64,000 bases of DNA from Paragordius varius (GCA_964247055.1 OZ176054.1:6138001-6202000), one strand, 5' to 3'; shown: positions 1-13,200, numbered from the stretch's first letter. Notes: generated by a model from the letters alone, not told the origin. Translations and numbers: made by a program.

Positions 1-317
1 AAATCACTTGAAAAATGTATATCATTAATATATTAGATGCTGACAAAAACTAATACAATGGATGCGTTTCGATAAAGACTTTACTATAAAAGTCGAAAAT
101 TAAAATATATTTTTTATATTTGTACGCATTCCAGCTTAATTTTTTTTTAATAAATTTCATAAATACAATGCGTAATTCTCTCAATTTTAATATAATACAA
201 TGGATATCACATTTTTTAATATATAGCACAAATCGATAGAAATGTTTATATATGTTGCATAAAAAGGCAGTAATCATTAAGTTTGTTTCTTATTGCTATA
301 TATATATATATCAACAG

Positions 318-3300
318 ATAACATAAACCCGCAAAATTTGTTGACATATTTGTCTCACATTTACAAAATCATGATGAATCCGGTGAATGGTTTGAAGTTA
401 ACTAGCAACCGTGTTATACTGAAAACATATCCAAACACTATAATCGGTTGATATTTGTTTCATAACACGTTATATACCAATATTAAAAGGCGGGGCGCTT
501 TGAACCGAAACGGGGTCGTTTTTAAACGTTAGAAACCGATCTGACTCTTAAAGGGTGGTTCTAACACAACGGAACCGTTTCGTGCTAAAATTTCAGGAAT
601 CCGGTTTTGTTCTGGTTCGAACGCCTGCTAAAAAGTCCATTAAAATATTTAACCATTTTTTCGGATTATATGTTTGGTAAAAGTTAATTTAACTACCATC
701 GGTATAATTAGCACAAGATTAATTATATTAAAAACTTTTTGGTTAACCAATGCCTCATAAAATATAATCATTTATATTGTTCTTATTTTAAATCAATGCT
801 TATTCTATATTTTTTCAACTTATTAAGAATGTACTATCGAATATTGTTTATAAATTTATTCAAATTTTTTGATTCCAATAAGCCATAATTCACTCTCTAA
901 AATATATTTAATAGGTTCCTCTATTACCAAATGGTTGCACACCTATATCATGAAGAAATACCAATCGGCTAATAATAACCCTGATTTAGCCCCACAAAGT
1001 GGCTCTCAAACCAAAAACAATGTAACTCATTCAGCAGATATTTGTAGAGAACTATCTTTGGCACTTGCAAAAGCATTGTTAGATTTTAATTACATAGAAT
1101 ATGTGTTAGGAGGTGGGAGTTCAGATACTATCATGACGTCTAATATTATTTCAGGGCCTAAATACGCCCCTGTGAAAGGTTTAATCGGTTGTGATTTGGA
1201 TAATGAGCAACCGTTCAAAGAAACTGAAATATATCGACCAGGTTTGGCCTCGGTTAAAGGGAATGCACTACTTAAAGAATCTGCCTTACGATTGTACCTG
1301 CTCAAAAATAGCGTTTTGTTTAGTTTACCACCATTTATTATGGCGCAAGATTATGCAGTAGAACATGGAGAGGATAGTGATGTGTTAGGTATGTAAAACA
1401 CATCAATTTTTAAATATTTAAAGCAGTGATACGTTTCATGCATATTATTTTAATAGATTTTGCATCAAAACCAGTGTCCCCAACACTTAATGATCTAAAA
1501 ATGACATCTGAAGTAGATAATATTCTTACTACTACTACACCTCATCCTCATGAAAACATTACTCAACAACTCCAAGTTAAATTAAACCTGGATTCTAATA
1601 CAACTCAAATATTAAACAAGTTTTTGTTTAATTTTATTTTTTGTTGCGGTGTTGGCTAGTTCACCTTTGATATATTATCAGCCGAGGCTAGTTTGGATGT
1701 TTCGCAAAAAGTATTACAGGAGTCCAAATAAAATTTGTTTTACTTCAAATTATAAAATTTTTAAGTTTTAGCACTGCCACGAAATTTTGTTTTTACAACC
1801 GTATCCAATGTTTTGAGACTGCATGGACATCTTTAAATAAAAAATAAATTAAGGAATCTATTTTAAATATAAAAGGTATTTTTTATATCATTTCCGGTAA
1901 TCGAAAAATAATTTTATTATTTAAATTGAAGTTTCCTTGTTTAATTATAGCATAATTTCGCGAGGTTTTATATCAGATACAATTTTTAATGTATTGTTTT
2001 AAGCTGATTTTAAAGTAATATAATATTTTAATATTTTAAAAATTTTATTAAGTTTAGAAACGGAAGTATTTCCCATAATACAATCTATCATGTTCATCAA
2101 AAATATAGTTTTGTGTAAAGATAGTTATATAGTTTATTGTAGGTATTCCGATTTTTCGCTTCCGGATATATATGAAAATTGATTAACTTTAAATGGCTCG
2201 TAATATTCAAAATTAAACTTACGTAATCATTAAGTCCTACGATAACCATTTAAAATCTGAAAAATTTATAACCAATTCTGTATGAAATATATTTGGTCAC
2301 CCTTGTACCAGAACGATGCTTTTTAACGGGTAAAAATATTTTTTATTTAGAATCATAACTAACGAAATCGATCCCTCAAAATTACTGTTGCCTACAAATG
2401 CTTACACTTCATCGATTGCTCAATTTTTGGATGATTTTTTGTGGGAAGTTATGAGTCAAACCCTACTTTACAATAACATATATGATAATGTTTCATTGAA
2501 ACATACAAATTCTACTCAACAACACAGTAACAATTTAACAGGTGTCCGAAGAAGAGCAATATTAGCCAAATACATTCATGCCTTGAGTCTTTTCGCTTTC
2601 AGTACGTTAAATAAGAATGGAAATGACACAAATGCTGGGCATCCGAATGATACCAGCTGCAATAATAAAAATAATAATAATACACGTTATAAAACCAATT
2701 TTAATGTGATGGAAAACGTTAAAATTAAAATGATTCATCACAAATGTCACAATGATAACGCTTCTTCAATTAATGATTTGACAAAGGTTATTGATGGCGA
2801 AAATCTATATGAGTATTGGTGCAGTGATGGAATAAATCCATTTTTTCATGTTTTCCCAGGGATTGTGTTTAAGCACAACCTTATACATGATTCCATGATA
2901 GCTATGGCTAATACATTACCTAACGCTGTACATGATGATGAAACATTTGATTCTCAATACCCTTTATGGCTTCCAAACTCATGTATAAAAAGGTCGGGTA
3001 CATGCAAACCTCTTTTAAGTTTAAAACACCCAACTATTCTCCTGTTCACGGGCCCAATTGAATACCAAAGGGGCTCTCAACAACAAAAACAACATAAAAA
3101 TGGTGGTGGTCTAAAAGCAGTTGCCGCAACTTCCGTTTTTACTGAACAAAAGAAATTTACATCCCTCGAACCGATTTTGCTTCAAGAACATGAGTATTTA
3201 AGGAATTTTTGTAACAATATTGCACGCCTCAGGCCTGATCTTATATTGGTACAGGGTATGATAAGCTATTTGGCGCGTCAGTGTTTGATTGATTTCAACA

Positions 3301-6300
3301 TACCATTTATATACAATTTGGCAAAATCGACATTGTTACACAAAATCGCCTCCGTAACTGGAGCTACCATAGTCCCAGGTCTAGTTGAAAGTGGTCAATT
3401 GCTTTTAATTAAACCTAGGATGGGAGTTTGTAAAGCATTTCACATCGTTTCTATGGCATCGGGATGTGGTCGCAGTGAAAATAACACTTTTATTTTCATT
3501 GAAATATGCCCATCCATACAACCAATAATACCTATTGTAAAAGATAAATCCACCACATTCGGTCAACAAAGTTTTGTCAATACTCACCCCTACCATTTAG
3601 ATTACATGACTATATTGGTCAATGATTATAACTATTATAAAAAGATTAAATTATTGTTAAAGTTATGCATATATTTGGCACAACATTTAACATGTTTTAA
3701 GGTATTTTTAACCACTCAAATGCATACTCTTAGCATAGAATATGAATTATCAAATGATTTTCTCATAAACCATCCTTTAGTTTCGTACAAATATTTTGTA
3801 GAAGGCCAAGATGAAGATGAAATATTGATCCAAGAAAAAAAATTTATAAATTTGTTGAAACTAAAAGATACCCTTTTGTCCCAGTGTGATGAACCTATCA
3901 AGATTGATAACACGGAATGTATGGAATTAATTCAAAATAAAGTAACGAAAAGTTCCGGAAAACTGTCCCGTTACGAGGCATATCAAGTCTTGTTAAAACA
4001 TATTATCTTGACTTGCAACCCACTTGTAACCTTTAAACCACCATTTTTAGACACGAAATATGAAATCGGCGGTCATTTAACGAAATATTTGCCGAAAAAC
4101 CTTTATTATTCCCCGACGAATTACAATAGTTTTCTTAATAATAAGAAAATGTGTTTGCCGAAAAAACATGTGAAAACTAAATTTTTTGATCCTAAAGAAT
4201 TGTCACCTCATGATTTTATATCCCTGTTTAGATATGATGAAAATTTTTTTAAAGAGTCAATGGACCAAAATAAAAATGATGAACGCCAAGAAAAAAATAC
4301 GGATGAGCCACCGTCTTTTTTTATTGATTCTTTTGCATTTGATCAAGTGCAATTAATGGAAGTCCTTTTTTACAGCTTTGTACCAAACATTCAACAATAT
4401 ATGGGTTATTGTATATCTCCCCGTATTATTCCAATTCATTTTTATGGGCTTCATGATATATCCTTAGGGACGCTTTTAAATCAATTTTGCTTTAATACAT
4501 CATACATTTGTCCCAACAAGCGATGCAAGGCATTGGGGATGGATCATGTTCGAAGATTCGTTCATGATGACACAAGCCTGAATGTAATTATTATTAAAAA
4601 GAAACCAAATAATAATAATGCTACCAATGATACCAATGAAAAAAATTACCAGCATCGTCTCAATACACCTATCGATTATGTCCAATATTGTGGAAAGTGT
4701 GGCATTCTTTTATCATACTCGCCCAATATTGTTGCTAATCTGGGGTCACAACTCTCCATGGGTGCATTTATCCAAAATTTAATTTACAGCAAAGATGATT
4801 TAACTAACATTACATCTCGTTCGTTTCTAACTCATCCTTTGTTTTACGAAAAAAGTTATCACATTTGCAGCAGCGATGTATCCCATAACCCTGATACAAA
4901 TATTCAAAATACCATGAAAATGCCAGAAACATTAAATATCGTTCATTGTTTTAATCAAAATAATAACGTTGCAATGTTTTTACCATGTCCCATTATTTTG
5001 GGTTCGCTAATTTTTCCACCCTACTATATTAAATATCTACAAAGCTCTGAGTATAAACGTATATATTGTGAAGAGATAGAAAAATTCACTGTAGATAACC
5101 ATAACACATTCGATTCCATAATTAAAAAAATTGTAGATTTACAAAACGTATGTTTAAGTAACAACAGTGTAATCGATCCTGTCAGACCAAACTTTGGGAC
5201 CATATTACAAAAAACCAAAGATTATTTGTATGACATAGAAAATGAAAAGACAACTATTAAAAATCTAATAGATCAAGCTCAACTTCAACTTTCACAAAGT
5301 ATTGGTAATGGCAATTTTGATACATCCCAAAAAGATATGATCGATAGTTTCCTTAGCATTGAAAATACCATTAATGAAGGCAAATCACTTTTAACTCAAT
5401 CAGTGTATTTTTGGAACAAACATTTACTGGATCTTCACAACTTACGCACTGAAAAATGGACAGGACGTGTTGAACGATCAGATGCAAATAATAACGACCC
5501 TAAAAAGGTGACTTCGGCTCTTTCCACAATAAGTGGGCAAATTGATTGTAAGTATATAGATAATAAAAAAGTTACTGGAGTCGAAAACATTAATAATGCT
5601 ATTGTATCCACTTTGCCTCCTAACAAAGACAAAGAAATATTTGCCACGAATTTAAAATCAATCATTACGTCTTGGATAAATAATTCGGGATTCGAACCTA
5701 TCATGTGCCCCTATCCACCTACGCAGCATTCCAATCTACCCTATGCGGGACCAAATTTTTGTCGCGTTATTATAACAGATGATAATGCTTGCTCCATTGT
5801 GGCATATTCGTTATCATGTATGGAGTATCAAACAAAGATTAAAGCTACACCAATGACTACCAACTCAGACTGCTCATTTATCAACCTAAATTCGGCTAAT
5901 GAACTCAACTCAGACACAATTTCAGACATCAATGAGAAATATCATATCGAAACAAATTTTTGTGATAATATCACCAACTACAAATTCAATTGTAAAATTT
6001 ATTATGCAGCCGATTTTAAGGCATTTCGTGAAAAAATGTTCCCTGCCGGAGAAATACAATTTTGTCGATCCTTATCAAAAGCTAGCAAATGGATTTCAAC
6101 CGGTGGTAAATCGGGATCAACTTTTTTGCGGACTCATGATGAACGTTTTTTGATTAAACAAATGTCACGGATGGAACTACAGTCATTTTTAACGTTTGCC
6201 CCTCATTACATGCGTTATGTGGAGAATTGTAATGATGAGATAGGATCACAAATTACTTCTCTAGCTAAGATTGTTGGTGCTTACCGGATAAGTTATAAAA

Positions 6301-6977
6301 CTGGCAATTCGACCATCACCACCAAACAAGATGTGTTGGTAATGGAAAATTTGTTTTATGATAGGAAAAACATTCAGACGGTATTTGACCTTAAGGGTTC
6401 ACTCCGAAACCGTCTAGTTGAAATCAAAGAACTTAAGGTGCTTAACAAAGGAGCGAACAGTAGCGGAGAACTTAACAACAATAATGTTAAATCGTCATTG
6501 ACTATCGAAATCGAAAGTGATGCACAAACTTTCAAGCACCAGGAATCAGATAACAGAGGAATGGGTAATCGAACATCAGATGTATCTGTTGTGTTGATGG
6601 ATGAAAACTTTATTCGTTTAACGTTGGATTCACCTCTATACATTAGGCCTCATTCAAAACTTATACTCATGACAGTTTTGGACAGAGATACGGCTTTTTT
6701 GTCTTCACACGAAGTAATGGATTATTCATTATTAGTGGCATGGGATCCAAGTCGTCAAGAGTATATCGTTGGCCTAATTGATTTTATACGTACATTTACG
6801 TGGGACAAAAAGCTTGAAATGATGGTCAAACGTTCAGGTCTACTTGGAGGCCAAGGTAAAATGCCTACTATAGTATCACCCCAATTGTATAGGCAACGCT
6901 TTTTAGAAGCGATGAATCGGTACTTTCTAACCGTCCCTGATCATTGGTATGGATTATCAAAATTTTCAAACATTTAA
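318..6977 (+). CDS. PIKFYVE: 1-phosphatidylinositol 3-phosphate 5-kinase (PIKfyve/Fab1), 5'-partial
   Basis: Exons 318-446 and 915-1388 join in phase 1 to give a DEP domain (LSHIYKIMMNPVNGLKLTSNRVILKTYPNTII/GSSITKWL...ALLDFNYIEYV). A further exon starts at 1457; its junction to the next exon is unresolved. The giant exon 2351-6977 has a CCT/TCP1-like region (LKHPTILLF..PIEYQR, LEPILLQEHEYL, RPDLILV) and the PIP kinase domain (GGKSGSTF, FLIKQ, DLKGSLRNR, MDYSLLV, IDFIRTFTWDKKLE, PTIVSP.LYRQRF). The FYVE exon(s) are not in the window. Confidence 0.96.
488..630. mobile_element. Possible degenerate MITE in a PIKFYVE intron
   Basis: GC-enriched island with repeated AACCG/CGGTT motifs and imperfect inverted ends (ggcggggcgctttgaacc ... 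ggttcgaacgcctgct). No TSD confirmed. Confidence 0.3.
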
Positions 6978-7210
6978 ACCCATTTATTTTAGATATGCCA
7001 ACGTTTGTATTCATGCTTCAATTTAACATAATGATGCACAAATATTTAAAATTATTTGTGTTATGGAAAAAATTTGATCTTAAAAATTTTTTAATATACA
7101 TTTAAATTATTTACATGTCTATATTTATTTCATATATTTGTAAAACCAATAAATTTATATTACAACATTATATTATTGGATTATGCTCATAATTAGTGGG
7201 ATCGTTGTAA

Positions 7211-10200
7211 TCATTTAACGTATAATTGGGATGATAAACCCTTTTTTAGTTTGCGCACACTGTAAAAAATCGAATTTTTAATGCCTATAATAAAAATATA
7301 AAAATTAACCTGTGCTGAAGAATCCTTTAACCGTTTGTTGTATGCTTGATCTAAATACTATTTTTCTCAAACCTAAATTTAAAATATTGGCTCTCAAATA
7401 ATATACCATTTACAATTCAAATTCACCCTTGAATTCAAATTCACACTAAAAATAAATTATCTGTTTTCGGGATAATATAACTCATCATTGATATGAAATA
7501 TATTTTTACAACATAATTTATTATTTTTTCAGCATTATGTCAATTTTAACCAGAATTTCATATTGAAAATATTATAAAATAAAAGAAAATTTTAATCACA
7601 ATTTATTTTAGGGTGAATTTGTACTGTAAATGGTATATATAAATTAAAATATTAAAACAAAACATACATTTATTTATGGCATCCTCTAAGTGAACCCATT
7701 TTGACATAACATTGAAACATTCTTCTTGATCATACATTCTTTTATTAGTATCTATAAATTCTCTATAAAAATTTATAATTTTTGAATTTCATAAAATTAT
7801 TTTAAAATAAAATATTATTAAATACTTGTGGAGTAATGAAGCCAAGTTGGATGGTAAATGCATTAAATGATGAAATATTGCGTCCGGGCTTAAATCTTGC
7901 TTAAAAAATATTACATGACATAATTAAAATTTGCTAGAATTTATGCTAGAGTATATGAAAAAAATATTAAAAACGCCTTTAAATTGTTTTAATTAAGGAC
8001 AGTATATTCCAGTATAATAAGCTCTATATGGGAAAAATAGTATGAGACTACAGACTATTTCGGAAGTTAAATATATAGTTTCAGGTTTTTATAATAGGTT
8101 TCCAAATTATAACGATTAATTATGAAAATAATTACCAGCAGGAGCTAATTAGTTTTAGCGGCTTGAAAATAATAAAACTAAAAAGGTAAAATAATAATAT
8201 TTTATAACTATAATAACCGAAAACCAACATTTTATATAATATCGAATTGCCATATATTATGTGGGAAAATAATGGGCGTATTTGTTCAAATATATATTAT
8301 GTTTATATTTTTAACCAGAAGGGCGGAAAGTATAAATAATAAGAATACAAAAGTAATTAGTAGATGAAAAAAATAAGCCTAAAAAATTCCGAAAAGATAG
8401 ATCTGAATCTAAATAACTCTATTTAAATTAAGGACATATTGAATTTTATTTTGTGAAAATTGTATATGTCCTTAACTTTGTAAAAAAATCAAATTTCATA
8501 TATCATTAAAAATGAATAAAAGTTTTAGGTAATAAAAAATAATCTTCGATAAAACTAAAAAAGTAATACTTTTAATATATTCTACCTCAAATTCTTCCAT
8601 CGCATCATTAAAGTGTAAAAATGGCTTAAAATACTCTTTAATCAAAGGAGTGTAGAGATCTAAAAATGCTTGTTTTTGCTTTTGAACAATATTTGGTATT
8701 TTGTTGACATCTTCAGCAAAGTACATCCGAAAGTCACCTAACGTAGGATAAAAACGAACAAATCAGTAAAATGAAATTTTAATGGTAAAAATGAAAATAT
8801 TATTTTGTTAGAGATATAATGAAGTATTACTTTATTTTTGCTTTCTGTGAAATTTTAATTATAAAAAATATTTTATAATTATATAATACACCAATTTTTT
8901 TTATTAATTTATATTTTTCTGTCATACATTCTGTCCAAAATATAAAACTCAAACTAATCAGATATTTTTATACATAAAAATTTTTCGTTTGCGAAACATT
9001 TCATTTTCATTCCAAGTCCGTCCATAAAATTTCATTTTAATTTTTTTGTATGTTTCTATTTACTTCAAACAGTGACCATTGCTAAAGTTTATACGTTTTA
9101 TTAAGGTTGTTTACCTATTGTATTAAGCTGCCTAGAAGTGACATTTATGGGTTAATTTTATTTAGAATAATGGTGTTTGAAATTTTGTCGGTCCATTTTA
9201 TTTGGAGAAGTTTCCTCCAAACCCATAATTCGAAAGAATTTATTTGACGTTCGTCATATTTACAGTGTCCAGCTTTCCCCCCATATATGAATGTGGGAAA
9301 AACTGTGGCCTTGATTATTCTGATTTTGGTTTGTATTTTAATGTCATGCGACAAAATCCTGTTATATTTAAAAGTTACTGCTTTAGCAATAGCAATTCTT
9401 CGCTATATTTCTGGCGTAGAGTTATTCTCTCTAATAATAATGCTACCTAAGTACGTGTAGCTGCTAACTGTTTCGATTTGGTTGCCGTTGAGAATTATTG
9501 GATTGGTTTGAGCCGGATTTATTTGCATGACTTTTGTTTTTTTGAAATTGATATTTAATCCAAATTTATTGCATTCCGTTGTAAACACTTGCAAGGGTTG
9601 GGATAATGTGTCTACGCTGTCTGCGAATAAGACTGTATCATCGGCGTAGTGAACGGATGTAAGTAGGTTTCCACCTACATTAATGCCATAAGCTTGTGGG
9701 ATGTTTCTTATTATGCACTCCAGGTATGCGTTAAAAAGAATTGGGGATAAAACGCATCCTTGATGGAGGCCGACTTGTATCTTACATGAGTCAGATATAC
9801 CGTGAGGTGTAGATATTACAGCCGTGGAATTTAAGTAAATTGAGAATATGACGTTGATTAGATATGTGACACTCCAGGTTGTTTTAGAGCTTTCCGTAGT
9901 TTATTGTGCTGGATGGAATCAAATGCTTTGGAAAAATCGACAAAGCACATATGCAATTCTTTGTTAAATTCGATGTGTTTCTCGATTATCCACCTCATAT
10001 TACATATCATATCTCGGCATCCTCTACCTTTTCGAAAGCCAGCCTGAATCGTGGATATCTCGGGGTCAAGAATGGTATTTAGTCGAAACTGTATTATTTT
10101 TAGGAAAACTTTGGACACCTGGTTTATGAGCGCTATGGTGCGATAGTTGTCGCACAGTTCTGGATTACCCTTTTTTAAAATCGGAATCATAATGGATGTG

Positions 10201-13200
10201 CACCAATCCTCAGGAATTTTTTTCTATCTCAAATATGGTTTGAAAAAATTTAGTAAGTATATCGATTGGAATATATTTTATTATTTCAGTAGGGATGTCT
10301 CTGTGATTTCAGTAGGGATGTCTCTGTGGCCCTCTGATTTGCCGGTGCTAGAGTGTTTTATCGCGAGTTCCACTTCTTCTTTTAGGTGGTTCTTTTTGTT
10401 GAGTAAGTTCGTTAATAGTCGGTCGGTTATTTACATTGTATAGTTTACTTATGTGTTTATGCCATAGTTTGCGAATTTCGTCTTTTTCAGTGACGATTGA
10501 GTTGTTATCGTTTCTCATAGGTCTCTTGTAAAAAACTTTTTTGTGTGGAATAATATTGTTTGCATGGGCAAAAAGGTTTCGGTTATTATGGCGTCTATAT
10601 AGTTGGTCATAATACTTATTTTTGTTCTCTCTTGCACTCTTCTGAAATTCACTGTTTAGTTGTTTGTATGCATCCCATTTGCATTTGATTTTGGATTCTC
10701 TACGTTTTTCTGCGATCTCAAAACTTTTGGTTAACAATTTTATTTTTTGTTTAGTACGTTTGAAAGGCTGAATAAATTCGTCGGCTGTGTCTCTGCAGAT
10801 TGTGTGTATAGCGTTCCAAAAGGAGTTTATATCCTGATAGTTTTCGGAATTATGATCAAGACAGTCGAAACTTGATAAAGCGGTGCTAAACTTGTCGTCG
10901 ATTGTATCATAATCTAATCTTGTTCTGGTGGGTTTGGATATTTTAGGAAGTTGTAATTTAATGCAGAGTTTGGCGATCAATAGGATGTGGTCGCTGTAGC
11001 AATCCGATCCTGGTAGGCATTTGACATTATGAAATGAACTTTTGTATTTCCCCATACCTAATATGAAGTCAATTTGGTTACGGTATCTTTGACACGGGGA
11101 ACGCCATGTGTATAGACGTCGTTTGGGCTGTTTAAAAAAGGTGTTGGCGTCGAAGAAACGATGGTTAGCACAAAATTCAATCAATCTGTCTCCTCTCTCG
11201 TTTTTATGCCGAAGCCATGCCGCCCGTCATATGAGGTGTCTTGTCTCTTGCGATGATTGAGTTGAAGTCGCCTAAGATAAATATGATATCCTTTTTTGAG
11301 ATTTGGGAAATCGCCAAGTCGAGATCGCTATAAAATTTTTCACAGTCGTCATCGCTGTAAGAGGAGGTAGGTGCGTAAATTTGGAGGATAGTAATGGGTT
11401 GAGGGGTTGTTTGTATGCGGATTGCAATTATACGTTCATTAATTGGATTAAAAATGTCCGATAAGTTAGCTAGTTTTTTGTTCATTATTATGCCGACACC
11501 GTTGTATTTTAACGAGTCGTGGCCGGAATAATACAAACTATGATTGTCAAATTCTAAAGTTCCGGTAGAGGGAATGTGTGATTCTGAAATTCCTAGCATG
11601 CCAATTTTATGCTTAGTGATTTCGTTAACGACAATATCTAGTTTGTGATTGAAGTAGGCTCCACGTAAGTTCCACGTGGCGATACGGATGCTGAGATTAC
11701 ATGATTTCAACATTAGCAGAATGTGATTAGAATGGGAGAATGTGAATAGGAAATATGTTATGGCTATGTAAGGAATAGAATCTAACTATTTCTAATTTTC
11801 GGAGAAGGTATAAAATAAAAATATGGAAATTTATTTAAAACGTATCATAGAATAAATAAAATTCGAACGGTTTCGGACATTTTAACGTGTGTCCGTCCTC
11901 AGCATAAAAAAAAATATAAAAATTAGGATGGATAAAATGGTGCTTTATATACAATTTTTAAAAACGTTTATTGTTGTTTCTTTTCTCGTAACAAATGATA
12001 AGTTAAAACCATTTGTCATTGTTTAAAGCAATTTGACATTGGTGTGGGGTTTAAACCAGGTCTTAAATTAAAAACTTTTTTATCAAATAATAATAAATCC
12101 AAATTAAATTATCCAGGGGTGTATAAAGTTCCATGCGAGTGTGGCAGGGTATATATCGGCCAAACCGCAAGGAAAGTTAAAACACGCCTGAATGAACACA
12201 AGTATAACATAAAGAATGGAGATTTTAAGAGTTGTATTGCGGAACATTGTTGGAAGGAAAATCATAATGTTTCCTTTGACAATGTCAGTTGCATTACAAT
12301 TTTCAATAATAATCAAAGGCTTACGCGGGAATCATTAGAGATTCTCAAAGGAAACAACTTTAACCGAGAGGAGGGACAAAAGATGAGTGATATATGGAAA
12401 GTCATTCTTGATGATTGAATCCATATGGACTCTTTTGTTTTCCACTCAAAGTTGTTCTTTGTGTTTTTTTTTTTAGTATATGTTTATAAATTTAATTGTT
12501 TGTTGACATGGTTTAAACCACTCTCAATGACAAATGGTTTTAACTTATCATTTGTTACGAGAAAAGAAACAACAATAAACGTTTTTAAAAATTGTATATA
12601 AAGCACCATTTTATCCATCCTAATTTTTATATTTTTTTTATGCTGAGGACGGACACACGTTAAAATGTCCGAAACCGTTCGAATTTTATTTATTCTATGA
12701 TACGTTTTAAATAAATTTCCATATTTTTATACTATTCACGTGTCGAAAATAATTTATATTCTTCAAGGTATAAAATGTTTTTGGTAAAAAAGATCGATAA
12801 GAGATGGGTAGATATACCGTACCTTTCATTATTCTAAATAAAATTAACCCAGAAATTTCACTTCTAGGCAGCTTGATACGGCAAAAACTCTCCTTTTTCG
12901 GGCACATTATGAGAGCCAACTCACTTGAAAAATCACTGATGCTGGGAAAAGTGAGTGGTGTTGAAAAAAGAGGGAGAAGACGAACTCGTTGGATGGATAA
13001 CATCCTCAAAGAAACCAACCAATCATTATCCGAACTAAACACCAGATCCGGAAATCGCAGTGAATGGAGAAGCTAAATTTTCAATGTTGCAGTGAGTCGG
13101 AATCGACCTTAGCAACAACAACCTATTGTAAGATATAATAAAAATAGAATCTCGATTTTATGCCAAAAGCCAAAAACAATTTTTATGGCGAGCGAGCGAT

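Larger units (their letters stand above)
9123..13120. mobile_element. RTE-clade (BovB-like) non-LTR retrotransposon, decayed, with inverted 5' part
   Basis: Minus strand: APE endonuclease (IATWNLRG, LGISES, QIYAPT, LGDFNS) and RT fragments (NYRTIAL, QAGFRKGRG, FVDFSKAFDS, QGCVLSPILFN, YADD). Plus strand 12827-13076: C-terminal part (QKLSFFGHIMR..SLEKSLMLGK..KRGRRRTRWMD) ending in gagtcggaatcgacc...(caa)n. 10-bp TSD acctattgta at 9113-9122 and 13121-13130. Frameshifts are present. Confidence 0.92.

Noticed and set aside
50-277. Short AT-rich ORFs such as 50-277, 18601-18834, 20717-20923, 44632-44817, 57901-58098 and 61242-61466
   Set aside because: They are I/K/F/Y/N-rich translations expected by chance from AT-rich introns, microsatellites or MITEs, and many start at TTG/GTG, which are not usual eukaryotic starts.
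596-632. GGTTCGAAC resembling a tRNA T-loop or B box
   Set aside because: No cloverleaf or A box can be folded around it; it is better explained as a MITE end.
1576-2350. Candidate small PIKFYVE exon(s), e.g. 1660-1720 (FTFDILSAEASLDVSQK)
   Set aside because: An extra exon or another donor is needed to reach phase 2 at 2351, but no candidate had convincing splice sites or homology. Left unresolved.
3405-6643. Several 60-90 aa antisense or alternate-frame ORFs inside the PIKFYVE exon
   Set aside because: They are shadows of the long coding frame, with no motifs or independent support.
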